DNA of 64,000 nucleotides from Gammaproteobacteria bacterium. Its GTDB lineage: Bacteria; Pseudomonadota; Gammaproteobacteria; Arenicellales; JAANXG01. Below are positions 33,487-42,631 of the stretch, in pieces. The notes beneath the pieces were generated by a model. That model was given only the letters and a program-made list of their open reading frames with translations. It was not told where the DNA came from and did no database searches. Each line of letters opens with the position of its first letter. Within the stretch, counting starts at the first letter, position 1. The position numbers and the translations under genes were made by a program. The stretch covers positions 97,494 to 161,493 of the forward strand of contig JAXHNI010000009.1 of NCBI GenBank assembly GCA_034520625.1. The letters are read 5' to 3'.

Positions 33487-33539
33487 TCCGGGGGAGACCA
33501 TCCACCAGCGGCACCGGCCTCCCCGATCATGCGGACTAG

Positions 33540-33637
33540 CCGATTGCGGCTTCGAGCCACGCCTCTTCGGCCAGAGGGCTGGCCTCCTACAGGGCACCCC
33601 CTCGCGTAGGAGGCGAGCCCCCTCGCCTATTGCTAGG
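33540..33637. repeat. REP-like element, family 2, second copy
   Basis: The sequence ccgattgcggcttcgagc...ggccagagggctggcctcct...gtaggaggcgagccccctcgcctattgc is collinear with 22350-22450. The stop codon of the MFS gene lies inside its end. Confidence 0.8.
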
Positions 33638-34871
33638 TCGAATCCTTCGCTTCCACCGGCACGGTTTCCGGGTGCGAAGTCACACCGGCGCGGTCGCGCC
33701 ACGCCAGCCAGGCAAGGGCGGTCAAGACGATGCCAAGGGCCGGCAGCGCACCATAATTGATGATCTCCCAGCCGAAGCGGTAATGGACGGCGCCGGCGGA
33801 CAGAGACGCAACGGTCACCGTGGAGAATACGATGAAGTCGTTGGCGGCCTGGGTCTTGAAGGTTTCCTCGGACCGGTAGACCTGGGTCAGCATCGACGTC
33901 GCGCCGATAAACAGGAAATTCCACGCCACCCCCAGCAGGGTCAGGGAAAGCCAGAAATGCCCCACGGTCTGACCGGTCAGATTGACCGCGACGCAGACCA
34001 GCGCCGCGAAGGCGCCGATGGTCATGGTTCTGATCAGTCCGATCCGATTGATGATGTGGCCGGTGAAGAAGGACGGTGCGAACATCCCCAGCACGTGCCA
34101 CTGAATCACGAATGACGAATCCGAAAACAGATGCCCTTCATGCTGCATGGCCAGGGGCGTGGCCGACATCACAAAAGTCATCACCGCGTACCCGAGGCTG
34201 CCGCAGACAACGGCGACGACGAACCTGGGCTGCGTCATGATCACGCGCAGGGCCCGGCCGGTGCCTTCCGCGACGCGCTCGGCCCTGGTTTTCGCCGCCG
34301 GCGGCCGGAAGAAAATCAACAGGCTCAGAGACAGAATATACAGGCCGATCAGCGCAGCATAGCTCCCGGCGAAAGCGGCCGAACCCAGGGTATGCTGGGT
34401 CACAGTGGCAAGGTTGGGGCCGACGAATGCCGCCACCACGCCGCCCGCCATCACATAGGAAATCGCCCGGCTCTTGTTGCCCGGATCCACGCTGTCCGCG
34501 GCCGCGAAACGGTAATAATTACCGAACCCGGCGAATGATCCCAGGAAAACGCTGCCTGCGACGAACAGCAAGAAGGAGTCCTGGAGGATCGCCGCGGTGC
34601 ACAGGCCGCCGCCGATCATGCCGAGGAGGGTCGCCGTCCGGAACGCGGCGCCGCGGCCGATACGAGCCATCAGCGCCGCTGCGGGAATGCTGGTGAGCAT
34701 GGTCGTCAGCAGCTGGGCGGCGTAGGGGAGCGTGGCGAGAGACTTGTCATCCGCGAGCATGAATCCCACTAGCGCGGTGGTGGCCACGATCAGCGACTGG
34801 CCGCTGAACATGGAGGCCTGGCAAAAGCTCAGGATCAGGACATTCCGGTTGAGACCGGTAAAAGGTTTCAT
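33633..34871 (-). CDS. MFS transporter
   Basis: 412-aa ORF, polytopic with about 12 hydrophobic segments, and the loop motif MARIGRGAAF between TM2 and TM3. Confidence 0.8.
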   Translation of the reverse strand: MKPFTGLNRNVLILSFCQASMFSGQSLIVATTALVGFMLADDKSLATLPYAAQLLTTMLTSIPAAALMARIGRGAAFRTATLLGMIGGGLCTAAILQDSFLLFVAGSVFLGSFAGFGNYYRFAAADSVDPGNKSRAISYVMAGGVVAAFVGPNLATVTQHTLGSAAFAGSYAALIGLYILSLSLLIFFRPPAAKTRAERVAEGTGRALRVIMTQPRFVVAVVCGSLGYAVMTFVMSATPLAMQHEGHLFSDSSFVIQWHVLGMFAPSFFTGHIINRIGLIRTMTIGAFAALVCVAVNLTGQTVGHFWLSLTLLGVAWNFLFIGATSMLTQVYRSEETFKTQAANDFIVFSTVTVASLSAGAVHYRFGWEIINYGALPALGIVLTALAWLAWRDRAGVTSHPETVPVEAKDST

Positions 34872-35075
34872 GCGAGCAAGGATACCGGACTGCCGGCTCG
34901 TGTTCGTTTCCGTTTTGTATCCGCTTACATACCGCAGGGACCTGCAGGGCGCAGGCTTCTAGGCGCAACGATGCGTACTATTGCCCCACGCGCACTTTTT
35001 AAAGCCCGGGACCGAAGCGGCGGCTCATTCCACCGCTTCGGACCGCCCTACGGGATGCCTGGGGCGGGCCCGGAC

Positions 35076-35660
35076 TCAGCCCCCCAGGTTGCGGGCGGCG
35101 AAATCCCAGTTGACGAGGTTGAAGAATGCCTCGACGTACTTGGGGCGGGCGTTGCGATAGTCGATGTAGTAGGCGTGCTCCCACACGTCGCAGGTCAGGA
35201 TCGGCTTGAGGTCCTGCTGCATGGGGTTTCCGGCATCGTCGGTGTTCACGATCTCCAGTGAGCCGTCACCCCCGGCCACGAGCCAGGTCCAACCGGACCC
35301 GAAGTTGCCGACGGCCGCTTCCTGAAACTTCTGCTTGAAATCGTCGAACGATCCGAAAGCGGACTTGACGGCGGACCCCAGATCGCCGTCGGGCTCACCG
35401 CCGCCGTCCGGCGACATACTGTTCCAGTAGAAAGTGTGATTCCACACCTGCGCGGCCTGGTTGAACAGCCCTCCCGCCGGGGCCTTGCGAACGATGTCCT
35501 CGAGCTGCATGTCCTCGTACTCCGTGCCGGGAATCATGCCGTTGAGCTTATCCACGTATGCCTTGTGGTGCTTGCCGTAGTGGTACTCCATGGTCTCGGC
35601 GGAGATGTGGGGCGCCAGAGCGTCTTTGGCATAGGGCAGATCAGGTAACTTGTGTTCCAT
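35076..35660 (-). CDS. sodB: Fe superoxide dismutase
   Basis: 194-aa product MEHKLPDLPYAKDALAPHIS...HHKAYV...FNQAAQVWNHTFYW...DVWEHAYYIDY. The track ORF is over-extended upstream. Confidence 0.95.
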   Translation of the reverse strand: MEHKLPDLPYAKDALAPHISAETMEYHYGKHHKAYVDKLNGMIPGTEYEDMQLEDIVRKAPAGGLFNQAAQVWNHTFYWNSMSPDGGGEPDGDLGSAVKSAFGSFDDFKQKFQEAAVGNFGSGWTWLVAGGDGSLEIVNTDDAGNPMQQDLKPILTCDVWEHAYYIDYRNARPKYVEAFFNLVNWDFAARNLGG

Positions 35661-36047
35661 TCGCGAACCTCGTAATGTTTTGTCGATCGGATTGAAATGA
35701 ATGGCCGGGGAACCTTCCCGGAGCAATAACCGGGAATCACCTCGAGACAGGGGGGATCCTTCTCCCCGGATCGGCGCCGAGGACCGGGAAACGCGGTTTC
35801 CGGGAAAGCTCGCCGGTGCACCGGTTGTGCGAGGATCGAGTTTCTTCAGAAACCGGCATTGTAACGTGAAACCATTGTAAATAGGACGTCGAACGGTATT
35901 CAAGCGCCGGACGGCTTTGTGCTCATTAGCCGTATTGGGGCTCAGTGCCGGGATTAGTCGTTTGCGGCGGCCCCCGGCCCTGGGGCAGCGTGCCCCTCTC
36001 CGGAACACCACCCACGAACCATCCACTTGACAAGGGTTACGTACACC

Positions 36048-37604
36048 ATGAGCGCGAGCAAGCAGCCCAATATACTGGTAATCATGATGGACCAGTTGTC
36101 CGCCAGGGCCCTGCGCCTGTATGGCGGACAGACGGCGAAGACACCCAACCTAGACAGGCTGGCGGAAACCGGGACAGTGTTCCGGAATGCCTACAGCAAC
36201 AGTCCCTTGTGTGCGCCGGCGCGGTTCCTGTTCATGGCGGGGCAGCTGCCGTCCCGGATCGGGGCCTACGACAATGCCGCGGAGTTCCGCTCGGAGATCC
36301 CCACTTTCGCCCACTACCTGCGCCTGCAGGGCTACCAGACGACGTTGAGCGGCAAGATGCATTTCATCGGCGCGGACCAGCTGCACGGCTTCGAGTCCCG
36401 CCTGACCACGGACATTTATCCCGCCGACTTCGGCTGGACACCGGACGCGGAGAATCCGGACGAGCGATTCGACTGGTGGATGCACAACATGATGTCGATC
36501 AAGCAGGCTGGCATCGCCGAGTACACCAATCAACTGGAGTATGACGACGAGACCGGCCACCGCGCCGTGCAGAAGCTCTACGACCTGGCGCGCGGCGCCG
36601 ACCGCAGGCCTTTCTGCCTGGTGACATCTTTCACGCACCCGCACGACCCGTACGCCGCGCGGCGAAAGCACTGGAATCGCTACCGGGAATCCGAAATCGA
36701 GATGCCCACGGTGCCCGCGATGCCTTTCGCGGAGCTCGACCCCCACAGTCAGCGGCTCTACAAGGCGGCGGCGACGGAGGACTACGACGTCACGGAGGAT
36801 GACATCCGCAACGCCCGGCACGCCTATTTCGCCAATATCGCCTACCTGGACGACTGGATCGGCGAGCTGCTGGAAACACTGGAGGAAACAGGCTGGCTGG
36901 ACGATACCGCCGTCGTCCTGACCGCCGACCATGGCGACATGGTCGGCGAGCGGGGCCTGTGGTACAAGATGTCCTTCTTCGAATGGTCCGCCCGCATACC
37001 GCTCATACTCCGGCTTCCCGGTGAATCCGGCGGCCGCACCGTGGAGACGCCGGTTTCCCTGGTGGACATCCTCCCAACCCTGGTGGATATCGCCGCCGAA
37101 GGCGGCACCCATATTGATTATGCGGCACCGCTGGACGGGCAAAGCCTGCTGCCCCTGGTCTCCCGAAACGAGGATCGAACGGTATACGGCGAATACATGG
37201 GCGAGGGAACGGTGGCGCCGCTGATCATGATCCGCCGCGGTTCGTACAAATACGTACATTGCGAGGTCGACCCGCCCCAGTTGTTCGACCTGGCCGCCGA
37301 CCCGGAGGAGAAACGAAACCTGGCCCCGGACCCGGCCCATGCCGAACTGGTAACGGCGCTCGATGCGGAGATCGCCGCCGGCTGGAACCTGACCGCCATC
37401 CGCGACCAAGTGATCGCCAGCCAGCACCGGCGCCGCCTCGTCAGCCGCGCGTTGATGACCGGCCGGTATACGTCATGGGACTTCGAGCCGCACCAGGACG
37501 CCGCCAACCGCTTCATGCGGAACCACCTGGACCTGAACGACGTGGAGGCGAAGTCGCGGTTTCCGGTCCCGCCGTATCCGCAGCCGCTAGACCGGTCTGG
37601 CTAG
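36048..37604 (+). CDS. betC: choline-sulfatase
   Basis: The formylglycine motif SPLCAPAR is present, as are long blocks shared with S. meliloti BetC as I recall it (KMHFIGADQLHGFESRLTTDIYPADFGWTPD, SFTHPHDPY, RHAYFANIAYLD). ATG 36048 is preferred over the track's TTG 36027. Confidence 0.88.
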   Translation: MSASKQPNILVIMMDQLSARALRLYGGQTAKTPNLDRLAETGTVFRNAYSNSPLCAPARFLFMAGQLPSRIGAYDNAAEFRSEIPTFAHYLRLQGYQTTLSGKMHFIGADQLHGFESRLTTDIYPADFGWTPDAENPDERFDWWMHNMMSIKQAGIAEYTNQLEYDDETGHRAVQKLYDLARGADRRPFCLVTSFTHPHDPYAARRKHWNRYRESEIEMPTVPAMPFAELDPHSQRLYKAAATEDYDVTEDDIRNARHAYFANIAYLDDWIGELLETLEETGWLDDTAVVLTADHGDMVGERGLWYKMSFFEWSARIPLILRLPGESGGRTVETPVSLVDILPTLVDIAAEGGTHIDYAAPLDGQSLLPLVSRNEDRTVYGEYMGEGTVAPLIMIRRGSYKYVHCEVDPPQLFDLAADPEEKRNLAPDPAHAELVTALDAEIAAGWNLTAIRDQVIASQHRRRLVSRALMTGRYTSWDFEPHQDAANRFMRNHLDLNDVEAKSRFPVPPYPQPLDRSG

Positions 37605-37685
37605 TGCCGAACCTGTGGCTTTCTCAACGTTCCCGGCGCACTCCCGCAGGTCGTGACCTGGTTTCATTGCCGGCGTCAAGGAGTG

Positions 37686-37835
37686 GGCCAGTACCGGGCC
37701 ATCCCCCAGGGCCGCTGTGAGGAGCGGCACAGGGAAGTGCCGTTTGCGGACCGAAGGATGGAATACATCCGTGTACGCTCTGGCTCAAACATCCCTGTTT
37801 TCGACAGCCCTGGGGGATGACCCCCGGTACTGGCC
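37686..37835 (-). repeat. hairpin-ended intergenic element, copy D (long form, reverse orientation)
   Basis: 150 bp between convergent betC and the LysR gene. The arms are ggccagtacc... / ...ggtactggcc, and the interior is nearly identical to copies B and E. Confidence 0.9.
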
Positions 37836-37864
37836 TCCCCCATGAAGTGGGTGTTCAAACCGGG

Positions 37865-38749
37865 TCACCGCGCTTCACCGGCCTCTTCCAGCAGCCAGTC
37901 GCAAAACGCTTCCGCCTGCAGTCTCAAAGCGGACTTCACAGGCTGAACGAGGTAGAACGCCTCGTCCAGCACCAGCTCCTCCTCGAACGGCGCGGACAGC
38001 TCCTGCCTGCGCAGGGCATCCTCCGCGAAGCTGCTGCGGGCGAGGGCGACGCCTTCACCGCGCCGGGCGAGGTCCAGGACCACCACGGTGGTGTCGCAGA
38101 GAATGGCGCGGGTGCTGTCGGCCAGGTCCGGCTGTCCGGCCTGCGCCAGCCAGTGCGGCCAGCCGGTCTCGAACCCCACGACATGAAGCAGCGTCTCCCG
38201 GGCGAGATTCGCGGGCCGCTTCAGCCGGGCCGCGATTTCCGGCGCGCACACCGGGATGGCGCGCTCCCAAGTCAGGCGCCGGCTGGCGGCGTCGGCCCAG
38301 TCGCCCCGTCCATAGCGAATTTCCAGGTCCACCCCTTCCAGCGTGAAGTCCGCATCCCACACTTCAGTGGTAAGCCGCAGTGTAATGTCCGGATGACGAT
38401 CACGAAAACGGTGCAGACGCGGGCTGAGCCAGAAAAGCGTGAATCCGGGCGTGCTGCGGACGGTACAGGGGCCTTCCTGGCCGGGCCCGAACACCTCACC
38501 GGTGGCCATGCGTAATCGATCAAAGGCTTCCCGCACCGCGGGCGCATAGGCGCGGCCCGCTTCCGTCAGCTCAAGGCTGCGCGCGTGGCGGACAAACAGC
38601 TGCTGGCCGAGGTGATGCTCGAGCAGCTTGATTCGCTGGCTCACCGCGGACTGGGTCACGCTCAACTCCCGGGCCGCATCGGTGAAGCTCATTCGCCGGG
38701 CGGCGGCATCGAAGGCCTGGAGCCAGTGCATGGGGGGCAGGTATCGCAT
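37865..38749 (-). CDS. LysR-family transcriptional regulator (GcvA-like)
   Basis: 294-aa ORF with an N-terminal wHTH (FDAAARRMSFTDAARELSVTQSAVSQRIKLLE) and a LysR substrate-binding domain. Confidence 0.9.
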   Translation of the reverse strand: MRYLPPMHWLQAFDAAARRMSFTDAARELSVTQSAVSQRIKLLEHHLGQQLFVRHARSLELTEAGRAYAPAVREAFDRLRMATGEVFGPGQEGPCTVRSTPGFTLFWLSPRLHRFRDRHPDITLRLTTEVWDADFTLEGVDLEIRYGRGDWADAASRRLTWERAIPVCAPEIAARLKRPANLARETLLHVVGFETGWPHWLAQAGQPDLADSTRAILCDTTVVVLDLARRGEGVALARSSFAEDALRRQELSAPFEEELVLDEAFYLVQPVKSALRLQAEAFCDWLLEEAGEAR

Positions 38750-38788
38750 GGCGAAGCCAACTTTACCATCAGCCCCGGGGACGCCATT

Positions 38789-38836
38789 GTGGGTCAGGCT
38801 TCAGGCCTGACTTGTCAGGCCTGAAGCCTGACCCAC
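38789..38836. repeat. perfect 48-bp palindrome (23-bp arms, 2-nt centre), REP-like
   Basis: The sequence is gtgggtcaggcttcaggcctgac-tt-gtcaggcctgaagcctgacccac. It lies in the divergent spacer between the LysR gene and the ABC operon. Confidence 0.9.
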
Positions 38837-39164
38837 ATCGGACTTGCCGGCGCAACTTCCAGAGGCTGATGGGAAACTGGGTTGTCAGGCATTAGCCATA
38901 TCGGGTCGATACCCCCGATTTCCTTATTCGCAGCCCGTCCCGCGCCGGGTGCGCACCGTTCAACAGCGGCCCCGGAACCGTCTGAAACCACGGATTTCCG
39001 GGGCACCGGCGAATATCCATTTGATTTCCGCACCTATACGCGTATATTTTTCTGTATAACGTATAGAAGAAACGCCGTCGCCGCTTCGCACCGGCGGGAA
39101 GACCGATTCCCGGTAATTCGACGAAACTGAAATATCCAAGCCCCAGCGGCAGGAGGAGCCAACC

Positions 39165-40757
39165 ATGTCAGACCTCAATAAACTCCAGCATCTTTTCGCC
39201 CAGGGACGAATCAGCCGCCGCGAATTCATGACGCGCGCCTCGGCGCTCGGACTCGCGGCTGCAGCGCCCGGTTTCATGAGCGGATCGGCATTCGCCGCCG
39301 AGCCCCGCAAGGGCGGCCACTTCAAGCTCGGCGTCGGTGCCGGCTCGACAACGGACTCCCTGGACCCGGCCACCTACCTCGATACCTACATGCAAACCGT
39401 CGGTCACGGCCACCACGCCTACCTGATGGAAATCAGCAAGGACAGCGAAGCCATTCCCGAGCTGGCGGAGAGCCTTGAACCCAGTTCCGACGCCAAGACC
39501 TGGACCATGAAGCTGAAAAGCGGCGTCGAATTCCACAACGGCAAAACCGTTACCGCCGAGGACGTGATCGCCTCGTACAATCACCATCGCGGCGAGGATT
39601 CCAAATCGGCGGCTAAGGAGCTGCTCGAACAGGTCGAGGACATGACGGCCAAGGGCAAGGACACGGTGGTCTTCACGCTCAAGGGGGGCAACGCGGATTT
39701 TCCCTATGTGATGACCGACTACCACCTGCCGATCATGCCGTCCATGGATGGCAAAGTGGATGCCACCTCGGGCATCGGCGCCGGAGCGATGAAAATCGAG
39801 AGCTACGACCCGGGCGTCAAGACTGAGCTCGTGCGCAACGAGAATTATTTCAAGGACGGCCGCGGCCACTTCGACTCCGCGGAAGTGCTGGCCATCAAGG
39901 ACGTGACGGCAAGAACCAACGCCCTGCAGACCGGCCAGATCCATGCCATGGACCGCTGCGACCTCAAGACCGTGCACCTGCTCAAGCGCAACAACGATCT
40001 GGAAGTCATCCAGACCACGGGCACCCAGCACTACACCATGCCGATGCATACGAACACGGCGCCGTTCAACGACAACAACGTGCGAATGGCTCTCAAGCAC
40101 GCCATCGATCGCCAGGAACTGCTGGACAAGATCCTGCGCGGCTTCGGCAAGGTGGGCAACGACCATCCCATCAGCCCGGCACAGCGCTTTTTCAACGAAG
40201 ACCTTGAGCAGCGCACCTACGACCCGGACAAGGCCAGGTCCTATCTCAAGAAGGCCGGACTGGATTCCCTGAGCGTCGACCTGTCAGCGTCGGACGCGGC
40301 GTTTGCCGGGGCGGTGGATGCGGCGGTGCTCTACAAGGAGCAGGCGGCGAAAGCCGGCATTAACGTCAACGTAGTGCGCGAGCCGGACGATGGCTACTGG
40401 AGCAATGTCTGGCTGAAAAAGCCTTTCTGCATGTGCTACTGGGGCGGGCGGCCCACGGCGGACTGGATGTTCTCCATCGCCTACGCCGCCGGCGCGAACT
40501 GGAACGACACCTACTGGGAGCACGACCGTTTCAACAAGCTCCTGGTGGAAGCGCGCGCCGAGCTGGATGACGCCAAACGCAGCGAGATGTACAACGAGAT
40601 GCAGCAGATCGTGAGCAACGAGGGCGGCGTGATCATGCCTATGTACGCGAGCTACGTGATCGCCCTCAGCAATCAGGTGGGCCACGGCGAGATCGCGCCG
40701 AACTGGGATCTCGACGGCAATCGGAGCCTGGAGCGCTGGTGGCTCACGGAGGCATAG
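39165..40757 (+). CDS. ABC transporter substrate-binding protein, family 5 (peptide/opine/nickel type), Tat-exported
   Basis: 530-aa ORF with the twin-arginine signal RISRREFMTRASALGLAAAAP and an SBP_bac_5-like body. Confidence 0.88.
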   Translation: MSDLNKLQHLFAQGRISRREFMTRASALGLAAAAPGFMSGSAFAAEPRKGGHFKLGVGAGSTTDSLDPATYLDTYMQTVGHGHHAYLMEISKDSEAIPELAESLEPSSDAKTWTMKLKSGVEFHNGKTVTAEDVIASYNHHRGEDSKSAAKELLEQVEDMTAKGKDTVVFTLKGGNADFPYVMTDYHLPIMPSMDGKVDATSGIGAGAMKIESYDPGVKTELVRNENYFKDGRGHFDSAEVLAIKDVTARTNALQTGQIHAMDRCDLKTVHLLKRNNDLEVIQTTGTQHYTMPMHTNTAPFNDNNVRMALKHAIDRQELLDKILRGFGKVGNDHPISPAQRFFNEDLEQRTYDPDKARSYLKKAGLDSLSVDLSASDAAFAGAVDAAVLYKEQAAKAGINVNVVREPDDGYWSNVWLKKPFCMCYWGGRPTADWMFSIAYAAGANWNDTYWEHDRFNKLLVEARAELDDAKRSEMYNEMQQIVSNEGGVIMPMYASYVIALSNQVGHGEIAPNWDLDGNRSLERWWLTEA

Positions 40758-40775
40758 GGAAGAGATAAGCACTGC

Positions 40776-41732
40776 ATGGGAGCTGTCTACAAGATCGTGG
40801 CCCAGCGCCTGGCGCTGGGCCTGCTTGTACTTTTCGCCGTCTCCCTCATCATCTTCCTGGGTGTCGAGTTTCTTCCAGGAGATCTCGCCGAGGAGATGCT
40901 GGGGCAGACGGCGACCCCGGAGACCGTGGCCGCCATCCGGCGGGAACTCGGCCTCGACCTGCCGCCCCACATCCGGTATTTCGAATGGCTCACCGGCATC
41001 CTGCAGGGCGACTTCGGCCGGTCGCTGGCCAACCAGCGGGAAATTTCCGAGCTGATCGGCGTCCGGCTGATGAACACCCTGTTCCTGGCCGGTCTCGCCG
41101 CCGCCATAGCCGTGCCGGTGGCGGTGACGCTGGGCGTCCTCGCCGCCCTGTACCGCAACAGCCTCTACGACAAACTGGTCAATATCACCACGCTGTCGTC
41201 CATTTCGGTCCCTGAATTCTTCATCGCCTATATCCTCATCCTGTTTCTTTCAGTAAACACGGGATGGTTTCCCAGCATGGCCAACGTCAGCATGAGCATG
41301 CCGTTCTGGGACCGCGTGTACTTCTGTCTTCTGCCGGCCCTGACGCTCACCATGGTCGTCACGGCGCACATGATGCGCATGACCCGGGCATCCATCATCA
41401 ACCTGCTGGCCAGCCCGTATATCGAGATGGCCAATCTCAAGGGCATGAAGCGGTCCCACATCATCGTTCACCATGCTCTGCCCAACGCCTGGGCGCCCAT
41501 CGTCAACGTCATCGTGGTGAACCTGGCCTACCTGATCGTGGGAGTCGTGGTGGTGGAAGTGGTATTCGTCTACCCGGGTCTCGGCCAGTTGATCGTCGAT
41601 TCGGTGCGCAAGCGTGACATCCCCGTGGTCCAGGCCTGCAGCCTGATTTTCGCGGCTACCTACATCCTGATGAACCTGACGGCGGACATCATATCCATCG
41701 TCACCAACCCGCGGCTCCTGCATCCCAGATGA
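40776..41732 (+). CDS. ABC transporter permease (DppB/OppB-like)
   Basis: 318-aa ORF, polytopic, with an EAA-type loop (ASPYIEMANLKGMKRSHII). Confidence 0.88.
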   Translation: MGAVYKIVAQRLALGLLVLFAVSLIIFLGVEFLPGDLAEEMLGQTATPETVAAIRRELGLDLPPHIRYFEWLTGILQGDFGRSLANQREISELIGVRLMNTLFLAGLAAAIAVPVAVTLGVLAALYRNSLYDKLVNITTLSSISVPEFFIAYILILFLSVNTGWFPSMANVSMSMPFWDRVYFCLLPALTLTMVVTAHMMRMTRASIINLLASPYIEMANLKGMKRSHIIVHHALPNAWAPIVNVIVVNLAYLIVGVVVVEVVFVYPGLGQLIVDSVRKRDIPVVQACSLIFAATYILMNLTADIISIVTNPRLLHPR

Positions 41733-42631
41733 GCGGCGCCGGAAACACCGCACCGAAAACCGCGGATGCCGCGCCGCCGCCGCCGCGCCTGCGCGGCTGG
41801 CGGGTCGCCTGGCGCGAACTGAAAAGAGCGCCGTGGACCGCCAAGTTGGGACTCCTGGTCATCCTGGCGTACGTGTTCGTGGCCCTGTTCGCACCGGTGC
41901 TCACGCCCTACGGCGAAGCGCAGGTCGTGGGCCAGGAGTACCTGCCCTGGGGCGGGAAACACCTGCTGGGCACCGACAACCTCGGCCGCGACATGTTGAC
42001 CCGCCTGCTCTACGGCGCGCGGAATACCATCGGCATCGCGTTTCTCACCACCTGTCTGGCATTCCTGATCGGCGGCCTGGGCGGCATCCTGGCGGCGGTG
42101 CTGGGGGGCTGGATGGACCAGCTCTTGAGCCGCCTGGTGGACATCCTCATGGCCATTCCGCAGCTGATCTTCGCGCTGCTGCTGCTCACGATCTTCGGAA
42201 CCTCCATTCCGGTCTTGATCGTCATCATCGCGGTGCTGGATTCCACACGGGTGTTTCGCCTGGCCCGGGCGGTGGGCGCCAACGTCGCGGTCATGGACTT
42301 CGTCGAGGCGGCGCGCCTGCGCGGCGAAGGCCTGTGGTGGCTGATTACCCGCGAGATACTGCCCAATATCACCGCGCCCCTGGTGGCGGAGTTCGGGCTG
42401 CGCTTCTGCTTCGTGTTCCTGACCATTGCGGCCCTGAGCTTTCTGGGGCTCGGTATACAGCCCCCAACCGCCGACTGGGGCTCCATGGTGCGCGACAATG
42501 CCACCCTGATCAGCTACGGCGACATCACGCCCTTGCTGCCGGCGGCGGCCATCGCGCTGCTGACCCTCGGGGTAAACTTCGTCGTGGACTGGTTCCTGCA
42601 CAAGACCAGCGGGCTGCGTGATGAGCACTGA
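41729..42631 (+). CDS. ABC transporter permease (DppC/OppC-like)
   Basis: 300-aa ORF with an ATGA overlap with the upstream permease and the loop FVEAARLRGEGLWWLI. Confidence 0.88.
   Translation: MSGAGNTAPKTADAAPPPPRLRGWRVAWRELKRAPWTAKLGLLVILAYVFVALFAPVLTPYGEAQVVGQEYLPWGGKHLLGTDNLGRDMLTRLLYGARNTIGIAFLTTCLAFLIGGLGGILAAVLGGWMDQLLSRLVDILMAIPQLIFALLLLTIFGTSIPVLIVIIAVLDSTRVFRLARAVGANVAVMDFVEAARLRGEGLWWLITREILPNITAPLVAEFGLRFCFVFLTIAALSFLGLGIQPPTADWGSMVRDNATLISYGDITPLLPAAAIALLTLGVNFVVDWFLHKTSGLRDEH

Noticed and set aside
35857-35880. Direct repeat CATTGTAA-N8-CATTGTAA in the sodB/betC divergent spacer
   Set aside because: The repeat is short and AT-rich, so it could arise by chance. I could not assign it to a regulator consensus such as Fur.
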